Source of the DNA: an uncultured Syntrophorhabdus sp.
GTDB taxonomy: Bacteria > Desulfobacterota > BSN033 > UBA1163
Direction of reading: 5' to 3'
Assembly (NCBI GenBank): GCA_964638215.1
Contig: CAZXBI010000001.1
Coordinates: 3,709-45,490, forward strand
Length of the DNA: 41,782 nucleotides
The translations under genes were made by a program, and so were the position numbers. The first letter of the stretch is position 1, and every line of letters begins with the position of its first letter. The notes beneath the pieces are model-generated. The model saw nothing but the letters and a program-made list of their open reading frames with translations, was not told the DNA's origin and did no database searches. Positions 9,415 through 18,386 of the stretch are shown here, piece after piece.

Positions 9415-10533
9415 ATGAGAAAAATCTGTTTGATCGTGGGAATCTGTTTTGGCATTTTCTGTTGGGCTCAGGGGCCACTTTTTGCGGCGGGCGAAGTTGT
9501 TAAAATCGGGAAACCTGCTCCAATCTCTGGAGGAGGTGCGCAAACGGGAATTCCGCAGGTCGAAGGAGCAACCCTCGCTGTCGAGGATCTAAACGATAAG
9601 GGAGGGGTGAAAGGGATTAAATTTGAGCTGGTTGTGGCTGATGGGAAATGTGGTCCCCTGGATGCGACTTATGCTGGGGAACGTTTGGTGATGCAAGATA
9701 AGGTAGGTGCGCTATTAGATGGACTGTGCAGCAATGCGACGATGGCGCTTATTCCCATAGCCGAAAGGGAGAAAGTGTCCCTGGTGGTTGAGGAGTCATC
9801 TGCTGATGTAATTACCGAAAAGCTGAACCCCTATGTTTTTCGAACCGCTCCCAACAATTCACAGATTGCCCAGTTGCTGATAAACGCCATCGCCTTTAGC
9901 AAAGTGAAAAATCTTGCCTTTCTCTTTGAACAGACGGACTGGGGAAAAGGAGGGGCAGAATCTGTCTCGAAGCTCGCCAAACAGTTAGGGATCAATGTAG
10001 AATTGATTGCAGTCGACCGATCTCAGACCAACTTCTTACCCATTATTAGCTCAATGAAGGCCAAGAATGTGGATGGCGTTTTAATCATCATGTTGATCCC
10101 CCAGGGAGTTCAGTTTCTAAAGCAGGCGCGGGAAATGAATTACAAAGCCCAATGGTTCGGTTTTCAGCAAATGATGAGTAAAGAAATGTATGACCAGGCA
10201 GGTGAGGCCGCAGAGGGCTTAATGGGACATAGTCCTTTTGAAGTTACGAACAATCCGATGAGCATAGCTTTTGCCAATAGCTATGATAAGAAATATAAGC
10301 GGTCTCCCTCCCACTATGCCGCACACTCCTATGACGGAGTCATGCTTATTGCGGAGGCGGTCAAGCTTTATGGACCTACCCGTGAGGGAATCTTAAAAGG
10401 ATTAAAGGAGATCAAAGACTTCAAGTGCTTGACCGGTATGATCAATTTTGACGCTCGTCAACAGGTTATATCGGAAGGCAAGCCCGGTTTTGTGGTTAAG
10501 TGGTCGAAGGGCAAAAAAGAGATCATGAAATAG
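9415..10533 (+). CDS. ABC transporter periplasmic substrate-binding protein, LivK/PBP1 family (divergent paralog, SBP1)
   Basis: Signal peptide MRKICLIVGICFGIFCWAQGPLFA, followed by the type-I PBP fold signature (VKIG....SGG.A..G, F.....DWGKG). RBS AAAGGAGGAGG. It lies directly upstream of the permease genes. Confidence 0.8.
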   Translation: MRKICLIVGICFGIFCWAQGPLFAAGEVVKIGKPAPISGGGAQTGIPQVEGATLAVEDLNDKGGVKGIKFELVVADGKCGPLDATYAGERLVMQDKVGALLDGLCSNATMALIPIAEREKVSLVVEESSADVITEKLNPYVFRTAPNNSQIAQLLINAIAFSKVKNLAFLFEQTDWGKGGAESVSKLAKQLGINVELIAVDRSQTNFLPIISSMKAKNVDGVLIIMLIPQGVQFLKQAREMNYKAQWFGFQQMMSKEMYDQAGEAAEGLMGHSPFEVTNNPMSIAFANSYDKKYKRSPSHYAAHSYDGVMLIAEAVKLYGPTREGILKGLKEIKDFKCLTGMINFDARQQVISEGKPGFVVKWSKGKKEIMK

Positions 10534-10754
10534 GAGCGCGATTGGGAGATCAGGGAGATCAGTGGAACGGGTTCGAATTCAGGTCTTCCTCTATTATAGT
10601 TGACTTTCGAGATGGGGAGTCTGAAAGAACTTGGCCCCCGATTTCAGGGTAAAGACGATCATCGAGAGACATGACCTCAGCCTTCATAGTGAAAGGGGGG
10701 GGCCATGTCTCTCGGGTTAAGCAGGTAGCTTATTGTAGACGGAAGGTAAGAGAA

Positions 10755-11630
10755 ATGGAGCAGATTGTTTCCCAGCTAATGAATGGTCTCGTTATGGGGA
10801 GTGTTTATGCGTTGGTTGCCTTAGGTCTTACCTTGATCTATGGGATTTTGGAAATCATCAATTTGGCCCACGGCGAGTTGTATATGATTGGCTGCTACCT
10901 ATCTTTTTTTCTCTTTACGAAATATCAACTTCCTTACGCTGTGAGTGTCCTCCTATCTATGATCATATGTGCCGTATTGGGATTTATTATGGAAAAATTG
11001 GTCTTTCGTCCCCTCCGAATGGCGCCTAAAGTCAATTCCTTAATCAGCGCCCTTGGGCTTTCTATTTTCTTATCGAATTCGGGCCTCATTCTCTGGAGCG
11101 CGACTCCTCGATCCTATTCAACGCAGTTATCGCAAAAAGTCTTATCTTTTTGGAACATTTCCTTTTCTTTCCAAAGAGTTTTGATCTTTGGGATTGCCGT
11201 AATTCTTATAGGGTTCTTTATGCTTTTCATTAAAAGGACTTATGTAGGAAAGGCGATGCGAGCCCTTGCCCAAGATATGGAGGCCGCCAGTTTGATGGGG
11301 GTTGATATCAACCGGGTGTCGGCAGTCACATTTTCCCTTGGTTCAGCTCTGGCGGCTGCTTCGGGCGCACTAGTGGGACCACTCGTAACTCTTGAACCCT
11401 ATATGGGGCTTGAAATGGGAATCAAAGCCTTTGGTGTGGTCATCATGGGTGGCTTCGGTAATATCCAAGGGACGATCGTGGCAGGGTTTATTATTGGCCT
11501 TGCAGAGAGTCTTGGGGCGGCGGTGATTTCTCCGGCATTAATGAATTCGGTGGTGTTCAGCATCATTATTATCGTTCTAATTTTCCGACCAACTGGAATA
11601 TTCAAAGAACACGTAGAGGAGAATGTTTGA
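10755..11630 (+). CDS. livH: Branched-chain-amino-acid-type ABC permease, LivH family
   Basis: The N-terminus Q.L.NGL..GS.YAL.ALGLTLIYG....INLAHGE is canonical for LivH. The protein is multi-pass hydrophobic. The ATG at 10755 is preferred over the 10671 ORF start. Confidence 0.8.
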   Translation: MEQIVSQLMNGLVMGSVYALVALGLTLIYGILEIINLAHGELYMIGCYLSFFLFTKYQLPYAVSVLLSMIICAVLGFIMEKLVFRPLRMAPKVNSLISALGLSIFLSNSGLILWSATPRSYSTQLSQKVLSFWNISFSFQRVLIFGIAVILIGFFMLFIKRTYVGKAMRALAQDMEAASLMGVDINRVSAVTFSLGSALAAASGALVGPLVTLEPYMGLEMGIKAFGVVIMGGFGNIQGTIVAGFIIGLAESLGAAVISPALMNSVVFSIIIIVLIFRPTGIFKEHVEENV

Positions 11631-11632
11631 GC

Positions 11633-12652
11633 ATGGCCTTATCGAGACAACAGATCAGCCATTGGGTCATCAGAATTGGGTTTTTCCTTTTCTTGTTTTC
11701 TGTCCCAGTGTTCATTGACAACCCCTATTACTTAAGGATTCTTATTATTGGCGGAATCACCATCTTTCCAGTTTTGGGACTGAATCTCTTGACAGGGGTC
11801 ACAGGACAGCTATCGATCTGCCAAGCCGGCTTCTATGGCATTGGAGCTTATACGTCCGCCTTGCTGGTGATGAAGCTCCATCTATCCTTTTGGTTGTCGT
11901 TACCTCTGGCTACTCTTTTTGCAGGATTAATTGGGTTCAGTCTTGGGATTCCTTCTCTACGATTTAGAGGCCATTATCTTGTTATTGTCACTATCGGTTT
12001 TACGATTATCATCTATGAGGTTTTCTTAAACTGGGTTTCTGTCACACGTGGTCCCATGGGAATTATTAATATTCCGCCACCCGATGCCCTCTTAGGAGTG
12101 TCCTTTGGGTCTCAGAAAGCCTACTATTTTCTTTGCCTCCTACTTGTTCTATTAGGTATCTGGGTCATGCGGAAGATCTATCTCTCGAAATGGGGGCTTG
12201 CATTGCTTGCAATCCGAGAAGATGAAACCGCCGCAGAAATCATGGGAATTGACATTGTGAAATATAAGCTGCTTTCTTTCACCGTGAGTGCTCTTTATGC
12301 AGGTTTTGGAGGAAGCCTTTTCGCCCATTATCTTAGAATATTATCACCCGATTTGTTTACACTATCTGAGTCGGTCAATTACCTTCTCATGATTGTTATA
12401 GGAGGGATGGGAAACATACCCGGTGCTGTTTTCGGGGCGTTTTTTGTTACTATCATATCAGAATACTTAAGGTTCCTCATGGCCTATCGCCTGGTGGTTT
12501 ATGGGCTTGTTTTGATCGTTGTCATCATTTTCCTACCCCTGGGCGTGGCTGATTTCTTGAAAAAATTAAAAGATCTATCTTTTGCAAGACGCGTGGAGAC
12601 TGAGAGTGTTCCGTCTCCCGGTCCTGCAGGATCATCTAACCGCCGAACCTGA
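11633..12652 (+). CDS. livM: Branched-chain-amino-acid-type ABC permease, LivM family
   Basis: Hydrophobic multi-pass protein with LNLLTG.TGQLS.CQAGFYGIGAY, typical of LivM. It abuts or overlaps the livH stop. An alternative TTG start at 11627 is possible. Confidence 0.8.
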   Translation: MALSRQQISHWVIRIGFFLFLFSVPVFIDNPYYLRILIIGGITIFPVLGLNLLTGVTGQLSICQAGFYGIGAYTSALLVMKLHLSFWLSLPLATLFAGLIGFSLGIPSLRFRGHYLVIVTIGFTIIIYEVFLNWVSVTRGPMGIINIPPPDALLGVSFGSQKAYYFLCLLLVLLGIWVMRKIYLSKWGLALLAIREDETAAEIMGIDIVKYKLLSFTVSALYAGFGGSLFAHYLRILSPDLFTLSESVNYLLMIVIGGMGNIPGAVFGAFFVTIISEYLRFLMAYRLVVYGLVLIVVIIFLPLGVADFLKKLKDLSFARRVETESVPSPGPAGSSNRRT

Positions 12653-12668
12653 ATCAAGGGTATAAGAC

Positions 12669-13424
12669 ATGGAACTTTTGAAAATCGATGGTGTAACAAA
12701 AACTTTTGGAGGGCTATGCGCCATTTCGAATCTAACCTTTTCAGTTAACAAAGGTGACATTCTCGGAGTCATTGGACCCAATGGGGCAGGGAAGACAACC
12801 TTATTCAACTTGATCAGTGGCGTATATTCTCCTTCAGGGGGGGACATCGTTTTTGATGGAAAATCAATTGTTGGATTGAAACCCCATAACATTTGTCAAC
12901 AGGGTATTGCGAGGACTTTTCAAAAGATTCGCCTTTTTCAAAAATTGTCGGTTCTTTCAAATGTACTGGTTGGGATTTACAACTGGGATCTCCTGTCTTT
13001 AGAAAAAAAAGGGGCAAAGAATTTAGACGGCGGAAAAATTATGGACCAGGCAGAAGAGATACTCCGACATGTAGGTCTTGAAAAGAGAAAAAAAGATTTG
13101 GCGAGAAACCTTTCCCATGGAGAGATGAGGCTTTTAGAGATTGCTAGAGCTTTGGCTACAGGACCCAAGATTCTTCTCATGGATGAACAGGCCTCTGGAT
13201 TGAGTTCCCATGAGATCGATAACCTAAAAAGACTAGTTCTTGAGATAAGGGACTCTGGGATTTCTGTTTTGGTCATTGAACATTTGATGGATTTTGTCAT
13301 GGCTCTTTCTGACCGAATAATTGTTCTTAATCACGGAGTTAAGATCTGTGAGGGAACTCCCGAAGAGATTCAAAATGATCCCAATGTGATCAGCGCCTAC
13401 CTCGGAGTGGAGGTTCAATCGTAG
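12669..13424 (+). CDS. livG: ABC transporter ATP-binding protein, LivG family
   Basis: Walker A GPNGAGKTT, signature LSHGEMRLLEIARAL, and Walker B LLMDEQASG (an unusual Q where P is expected). Confidence 0.85.
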   Translation: MELLKIDGVTKTFGGLCAISNLTFSVNKGDILGVIGPNGAGKTTLFNLISGVYSPSGGDIVFDGKSIVGLKPHNICQQGIARTFQKIRLFQKLSVLSNVLVGIYNWDLLSLEKKGAKNLDGGKIMDQAEEILRHVGLEKRKKDLARNLSHGEMRLLEIARALATGPKILLMDEQASGLSSHEIDNLKRLVLEIRDSGISVLVIEHLMDFVMALSDRIIVLNHGVKICEGTPEEIQNDPNVISAYLGVEVQS

Positions 13425-14153
13425 ATGTTAGAATTAAAGGAAGTTTATTCGGGATACGGTTTGATCGATGCTGTAAAAGGAGTTTCAATTCATGTGTCTG
13501 AAAATAATGTCGTCTCCCTAATTGGTGCCAATGGAGCAGGGAAGACTACCACTCTGAAAACGATCTCCGGATTAATCCGGTCAAGAAGAGGGAATATTTC
13601 CTTTTTGGGGGAAAATGTTTCTCACCTAAAACCCTTTGAAATCGTAAAACGGGGAATTACCCAAGTGCCCGAAGGAAGAAGATTATTCGGGAAAATGTCT
13701 GTTTATGAAAATATGGAGATGGGAGGATTCTCTCAAAAAATCCGGAAAAACAACGGACAGGAGATTAATCAACTGATGGACCTCTTCCCTATTCTCAGGG
13801 ACCGACGGAATCAAATCGCGGCGACCCTGAGCGGTGGAGAGCAGCAGATGCTTGCTATTGGCCGGGCATTAATGTCGAAACCGCGTTTGTTGCTCTTGGA
13901 CGAACCTTCTTTAGGGTTGGCCCCGCTGATCATCAGCGAAATTTACAGGGTTATAAAAAATATCCAAGCAAAAGGGACTACGATCTTGCTCGTCGAACAA
14001 AACGCCAACCTTGCGCTGAAATTATCTCATCGGATTTACATTATGGAATTTGGGAAAATCATTGCAGAGGGGGCCCCGGAAGAACTGAAAAAGGACGAAA
14101 TTATCTTAGAGGCATACCTGGGGAAGAAGCGGAGAATATTAGAGACTCTTTAA
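13425..14153 (+). CDS. livF: ABC transporter ATP-binding protein, LivF family
   Basis: Walker A GANGAGKTT, signature LSGGEQQMLAIGRAL, Walker B LLLDEPS. The start is directly adjacent to the livG stop (TAGATG). Confidence 0.85.
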   Translation: MLELKEVYSGYGLIDAVKGVSIHVSENNVVSLIGANGAGKTTTLKTISGLIRSRRGNISFLGENVSHLKPFEIVKRGITQVPEGRRLFGKMSVYENMEMGGFSQKIRKNNGQEINQLMDLFPILRDRRNQIAATLSGGEQQMLAIGRALMSKPRLLLLDEPSLGLAPLIISEIYRVIKNIQAKGTTILLVEQNANLALKLSHRIYIMEFGKIIAEGAPEELKKDEIILEAYLGKKRRILETL

Positions 14154-14166
14154 TTTATGGTTATAA

Positions 14167-14671
14167 ATCTTATTAGACAGGGGCCTCAAGGCTCAGGATA
14201 TTTTGGAGAAGGGGCTCCTGGCCGGCATGGATACGGTTGGAGAGCGATTTAAAATGTGCGAAATGTTTATTCCCGAGGTGCTTCGTTCGGCCAAGGCCCT
14301 GCATAGCGCGATGAGTCTTCTCAAACCTTTTCTCTCTGAGAGCGACACAGCAGGGGCCGGAACGGTGGTTATCGGAACCGTTGAAGGAGACCTTCATGAC
14401 ATTAGGAAAGAACCTCGTCGGCATGATGCTTGAGAGGGCTGGATTCAGGGTGGTCGGTTTGGGAATAAACGTGAGGCCTGAAGCTTTTTTCGATGCAGCA
14501 AAGGTGCACCAGCCAGAGATTGTTGCCATGTCGGCCCTCTTGACGACTACCCTGCCGAAAATGAAAGAGACGATCGAGGCCCTCGAAGAGGCCTCGGTCC
14601 GCGAAAGGGTCAAGGTCATGGCCGAAGGAGCTCCGAAGCTGCTTCCTTTGCCTGCCTTTGGGTTGGAATGA
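14167..14671 (+). pseudogene. Frameshifted, N-terminally truncated corrinoid (B12)-binding protein
   Basis: Frame A (14203-14433) reads ...GMDTVGERFKMCEMFIPEVLRSAKA...VVIGTVEGDLHDI and then runs to a stop. Frame B (14381-14671) continues GKNLVGMMLERAGFRVVGLGINV...MSALLTTTLP...VKVMAEGAP. Deleting one A near 14403 restores GDLHDIGKNLV (DxHxxG). The N-terminal cap is shortened and the C-terminus looks degenerate. Confidence 0.7.
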
Positions 14672-14730
14672 ATCATCCTAACTCTCCGGCAAAGCCGGAA
14701 ATTTTAAAACCAAATACACAGAAGGAGAAA

Positions 14731-16191
14731 ATGAAAACGCAACGAATCAAACCTGACAATCACGATGAATGGCCATTTCTTTCTCTAAGGGATTATTTAG
14801 CTTTTCTGGATAAACAGAATCGTTTGCTTCATGTGGATAAAACGGTCGATGCAAGATTGGAGATTTCGGCCATCTCTCATAAGCTCTTCAGGGAAGGCTC
14901 AGACAAGGCCTGTATCTTCTGGAACACGACATCCACTCAACAAGATTGGCATGTCAGCTCCCCTTACAATGCAGTGGTGGAAGGGGTCCACCGTCATATG
15001 AGGATGTTTGAAGATATTTTCAAAGTCCCCAGGGAGAAGATATATAATAACTGGTTTGACCGAATGATGAAGCTTTATGATCCGGTCATTGTCAAAGATG
15101 CACCGTGTAAAGAGGTTGTCTTGAAAGGCGATGATGTCGATCTTCAAAAGATTCCGGTTGAATTCTGTACCCCTAACCAGGGAGGCCCTTTTATTACCAT
15201 GGGGGTATGTTTTCTCAAACACCCCGACACAGACGTGCAAAATGTGGGGGTGTACCGGCTCCATGTAAAAAGTAAGAACCATACAGGAATTTTGATCGTT
15301 CCCCACCAGCATAGCGCCACTATTTATGCCAAGTATGGCGTGTTGGGGAAATCAATGCCGATGGCTGTTGCCATTGGGACCGATCCCCTGCTCCCGATCG
15401 TGGGGGCCGCGCCTTTCCCAGTGAACACGTCGGAATTAAGGGGATGGGGGGCCCTCCAAGGTCGCCCCATGGAGATGGTGAGATGTGAAACCATTGATAT
15501 GCTGGTTCCAGCGCAGGCGGAATATATCCTGGAAGGAGAGATCCTGCAGGATGTGAGGGATATGGAAGGACCTTTTGGAGAGTATACAGGTTTTTATTCA
15601 GGCGTCCGCGACCTGCCGGTATTCAAGGTCCACTGTATTACCCACCGCAAAGATCCCATCTATGAGACAGTGAATATTGGGAAACCTCCTAGTGAAGGAA
15701 ATTCATTGACGGAGATGGGCTTTGGTCTTGAGCTGGCCCGGGGGGTAAGGGAGTATGTGCCTGAGGTAACGGGTGTTCGATCCATGATGGCTCACGGACT
15801 TGTCACCGTGATCCAGATCGATAAAAAAAGGCGATACAAAGGGATGGCCATGCGGGCAGGCAACATGGTGTGGACCATGAAGTCCCATGTGAAACAAGTA
15901 TTTGTGATTGATGATGATATCGACATCTGGGACAACGATGATATCCTTTGGGCCTTTGCCACACGGTGTCAGGCCAACAAGGATATTGTAATGATTCCAA
16001 ATGTTTCGGGCGTTCGGCTGGATCCTTCAGAACCTCATGGCGGGGAAGAAGGGTTGAGCTGCAAACTGATCATGGATTGTACAGAACCCTTCCCACCGCA
16101 GCATGCTCCCTATATGAGAGGGGTTGCTTTTCCGGATAGTGGGATGCTTGAGAAGGTGAAGAAGGACTGGGACCAGTATTTTAAACCTTGA
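14731..16191 (+). CDS. UbiD-family (prenylated-FMN-dependent) (de)carboxylase
   Basis: About 486 aa from the ATG at 14731 (RBS GAAGGAG). The UbiD-like N-terminus is LSLRDYLAFLDKQNRLLHVDKTVDARLEISAI. Central GPFITMG and FGEYTGFY motifs are also present. Confidence 0.8.
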   Translation: MKTQRIKPDNHDEWPFLSLRDYLAFLDKQNRLLHVDKTVDARLEISAISHKLFREGSDKACIFWNTTSTQQDWHVSSPYNAVVEGVHRHMRMFEDIFKVPREKIYNNWFDRMMKLYDPVIVKDAPCKEVVLKGDDVDLQKIPVEFCTPNQGGPFITMGVCFLKHPDTDVQNVGVYRLHVKSKNHTGILIVPHQHSATIYAKYGVLGKSMPMAVAIGTDPLLPIVGAAPFPVNTSELRGWGALQGRPMEMVRCETIDMLVPAQAEYILEGEILQDVRDMEGPFGEYTGFYSGVRDLPVFKVHCITHRKDPIYETVNIGKPPSEGNSLTEMGFGLELARGVREYVPEVTGVRSMMAHGLVTVIQIDKKRRYKGMAMRAGNMVWTMKSHVKQVFVIDDDIDIWDNDDILWAFATRCQANKDIVMIPNVSGVRLDPSEPHGGEEGLSCKLIMDCTEPFPPQHAPYMRGVAFPDSGMLEKVKKDWDQYFKP

Positions 16192-16200
16192 ACGGACAAA

Positions 16201-16419
16201 ATGCACATAGGGGTAAATATGCAGGATCAAAAGCAAAATATTTATTCAGAGAGACCGGTGACCTTAACGGCTGATGGTCTGATTTGTGGCTGCGGGGCTA
16301 CGATGCAGTTTTTTACGAATCATGTTTCGGAGAGGGAAGGCCGCATCTTATCAAAGGTCTACGTGTGTCCCAGTTGCAATAATGAAGCCGCAATCAAGCT
16401 CGAAGGGAAAATGTTGTAG
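16201..16419 (+). CDS. Small zinc-ribbon-like protein, candidate accessory subunit of the UbiD enzyme
   Basis: 72 aa (or 66 aa from the ATG at 16219). It has two Cys pairs, CGC...CPSC. It begins 10 nt after the UbiD stop. Size and position resemble the small D subunits of BsdBCD/VdcBCD-type decarboxylases. Confidence 0.5.
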   Translation: MHIGVNMQDQKQNIYSERPVTLTADGLICGCGATMQFFTNHVSEREGRILSKVYVCPSCNNEAAIKLEGKML

Positions 16420-16621
16420 ATTTCTGAGGGTGTCATTCCCTTGCTGCAGAAGATAGAAAGGCCTGGAGGGCGATCGATAATTGGGAAAAAGGAAAGAACT
16501 GGTTTGTGTCTATCTGGCAGGATGGCATTAGAAAAGGAGCGTTAAACGGCATTCAGGGATTTGGATTTCAAAGGGATCGACTCACGTTTATCCTAAGACA
16601 GTCTTAGAAAGGAGAACAATT

Positions 16622-17788
16622 ATGAAGAAGAAGATTAGTACATCTGTTTCGTTGATCATCGTCACCCTTTTTGTTTCTATTGGGCTGGCCTTGGCGGCTG
16701 AGCCAATCAAGATCGGGATCGTCTGGCCTCTCACCGGGGTCAGCGCGGCTGCTGGATCGTATCTCGTGGCAGGCGCGGAAATGTGGAAAGATAAGGTTAA
16801 CGCGGAAGGGGGCATTTTAGGCAGACCGGTCAAGTTTTTTATAGAAGACGGTGCCCTCGATCCGGCCATTTCGGTGAGTGCTGCTGAAAAACTGGTGACA
16901 AGGGAAAAGGTGGACATCTTCGTAGGATGCATGGGCAGTTCTCCCACCATGGCGGTAAGCACCAGTGTCACCAGGAAATACGGGATTCCTCATGTGGTGG
17001 AAGTAGCCGGTGCTGACAAAATTACCGAAGAAAATGGCAAGAGACCCAACCCTTGGCTGTTTCGAATCAGTCCGACCAACCGGATGGAAGCAGACTTGCT
17101 TAGAGATTTTCTGCCGAAGATGGGGTTTAGCAAGATTGCCCTCATGCCCATGAATACCGACTGGGGAAGGGGATGGGTAGCGGTCTTTCCCGCGCAAGCT
17201 GAGAAGGTGGGCGCTAAGATTGTGGCAACAGAATTTTTGAATAACGATGCACAGGAGTTTCTGACCCAATTGACGAAAGTGAAGGCCTCAGGAGCTGATT
17301 CGATTGTCATTTCGACGGACGGGGCCCAGGCCGCCATGGTGTTGAAGCAATACAAGGAGATGGGAATGACCCAAAAGGTTATCACCACGGGTGGGGGAAT
17401 TGTTCCGGAGCTTTTAGTGGACCTTTCCGGTTCAGCAGCCGCTGAAGGGGTCTATATCAATACCTTTTTCACTCCCTGGTTTCCAGAACTGACCAAGATA
17501 CCTCAGGAAGCGAAATGGTTCGCCGATGAATATGTAAAAAGGGGGTATCCGGTTAAGGGGTTTGGCACCTGTTATCGGGGTTACGATGCCTTGAAGGCAG
17601 CGAAGGCAGCGATTGATATCGCCAAGACCACGGATAAGGAGAAAGTCAGAGAAGCCTTTGCAAAAGTGGATACATGGGGATTGAGCGGACGGATCAAATT
17701 TGACGAATTCGGCCAGAGCACACCCAGCATGTATATCGTCCAAGTGAAGAACGGTAAGCCGAGCATCCCTGATTTTGCGAAAAAATAA
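16622..17788 (+). CDS. LivK/PBP1-family periplasmic substrate-binding protein (paralog SBP2)
   Basis: Signal peptide ending ALA-AEP. Blocks shared with SBP3-5: AEPIKIGIVWPLTG, RKYGIPHVVE, GKRPNPWLFRISPT, DWGRG, EFLTQLTK, AKTTDKEKVREAF, IKFDEFGQSTP. RBS AAAGGAG. Confidence 0.85.
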   Translation: MKKKISTSVSLIIVTLFVSIGLALAAEPIKIGIVWPLTGVSAAAGSYLVAGAEMWKDKVNAEGGILGRPVKFFIEDGALDPAISVSAAEKLVTREKVDIFVGCMGSSPTMAVSTSVTRKYGIPHVVEVAGADKITEENGKRPNPWLFRISPTNRMEADLLRDFLPKMGFSKIALMPMNTDWGRGWVAVFPAQAEKVGAKIVATEFLNNDAQEFLTQLTKVKASGADSIVISTDGAQAAMVLKQYKEMGMTQKVITTGGGIVPELLVDLSGSAAAEGVYINTFFTPWFPELTKIPQEAKWFADEYVKRGYPVKGFGTCYRGYDALKAAKAAIDIAKTTDKEKVREAFAKVDTWGLSGRIKFDEFGQSTPSMYIVQVKNGKPSIPDFAKK

Positions 17789-17810
17789 ATGATGAGGATT
17801 TTGATCGAGC

Positions 17811-17852
17811 CCATCCATCTGTCTCCCTCACTGAGAGGAGATAGATGGATGG
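17811..17852 (+). terminator. Strong stem-loop after SBP2 (terminator-like, no clear U-tract)
   Basis: CCATCCATCTGTCTCC (17811-17826) pairs with GGAGATAGATGGATGG (17837-17852) with one mismatch. Confidence 0.4.
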
Positions 17853-17942
17853 AAAAGATGACCCAAAAACATCAGCATCGTTCCTGTATGGGCATTGGAT
17901 CCAAGTCTATGATTTCGTGGACTCTTTTCTGAGAGAGGGAAG

Positions 17943-18341
17943 ATGGGGATGAATCAGAGAGAGCAGTTTGCATGCATAGGATGTTCCGTATCTAAAGTAG
18001 ATGCCCTCGATAAAGTCCTCGGCAAAGCCGTTTATGCAGAGGATATCTCTTTGCCGAACATGCTCTATGGACGTGTGTTGAGGGTCGGGGTTCCTCACGT
18101 CCTCATCGAGGAGATTGATACCAGCAAGGCCAAAGCGATGAAAGGTGTTGTCTGCGTATTGACAGCCAAAGATATCCCCGGAACGAACCGTTATGGCATT
18201 GCGATCTTGGACCAAGAGGCCTTGGCAGAGAAAAAGGTCCGCTTTGCTGATGAGGAGATCAAGAGAGGAATCTCCGGCAATTTGTGCCGATGTACGGGGT
18301 ATGTTAAGATCATCAGTGCCATCCAGGGCGTTGTTAAATAA
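17943..18341 (+). pseudogene. Chimeric remnant: N-terminal ~100 codons of an XDH-family Mo large subunit fused in frame to the last ~25 codons of a 2Fe-2S small subunit
   Basis: Residues ~15-100 closely match the N-terminus of the 38360 large subunit (DALDKVLGKAVYAEDIS.PNMLYGRVLR.G.PH..IEEIDTSKAKAMKGVVCVLTAKDIPG.NRYGIA). The tail EEIKRGISGNLCRCTGYVKIISAIQ is the C-terminus of a CoxS-type subunit. The junction is near 18250. Confidence 0.75.
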
Positions 18342-18386
18342 GAAAGAGAAATTGGCCTCACCATTTCTCAAGAAAGGAGAAAAAAA

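Noticed and set aside
16510-16535. Sigma-54-like promoter (TGGCAGGATGGCATT) upstream of SBP2.
   Set aside because: The GG and GC elements are not at the required spacing of TGGCAC-N5-TTGC, and no enhancer-binding-protein gene is nearby.
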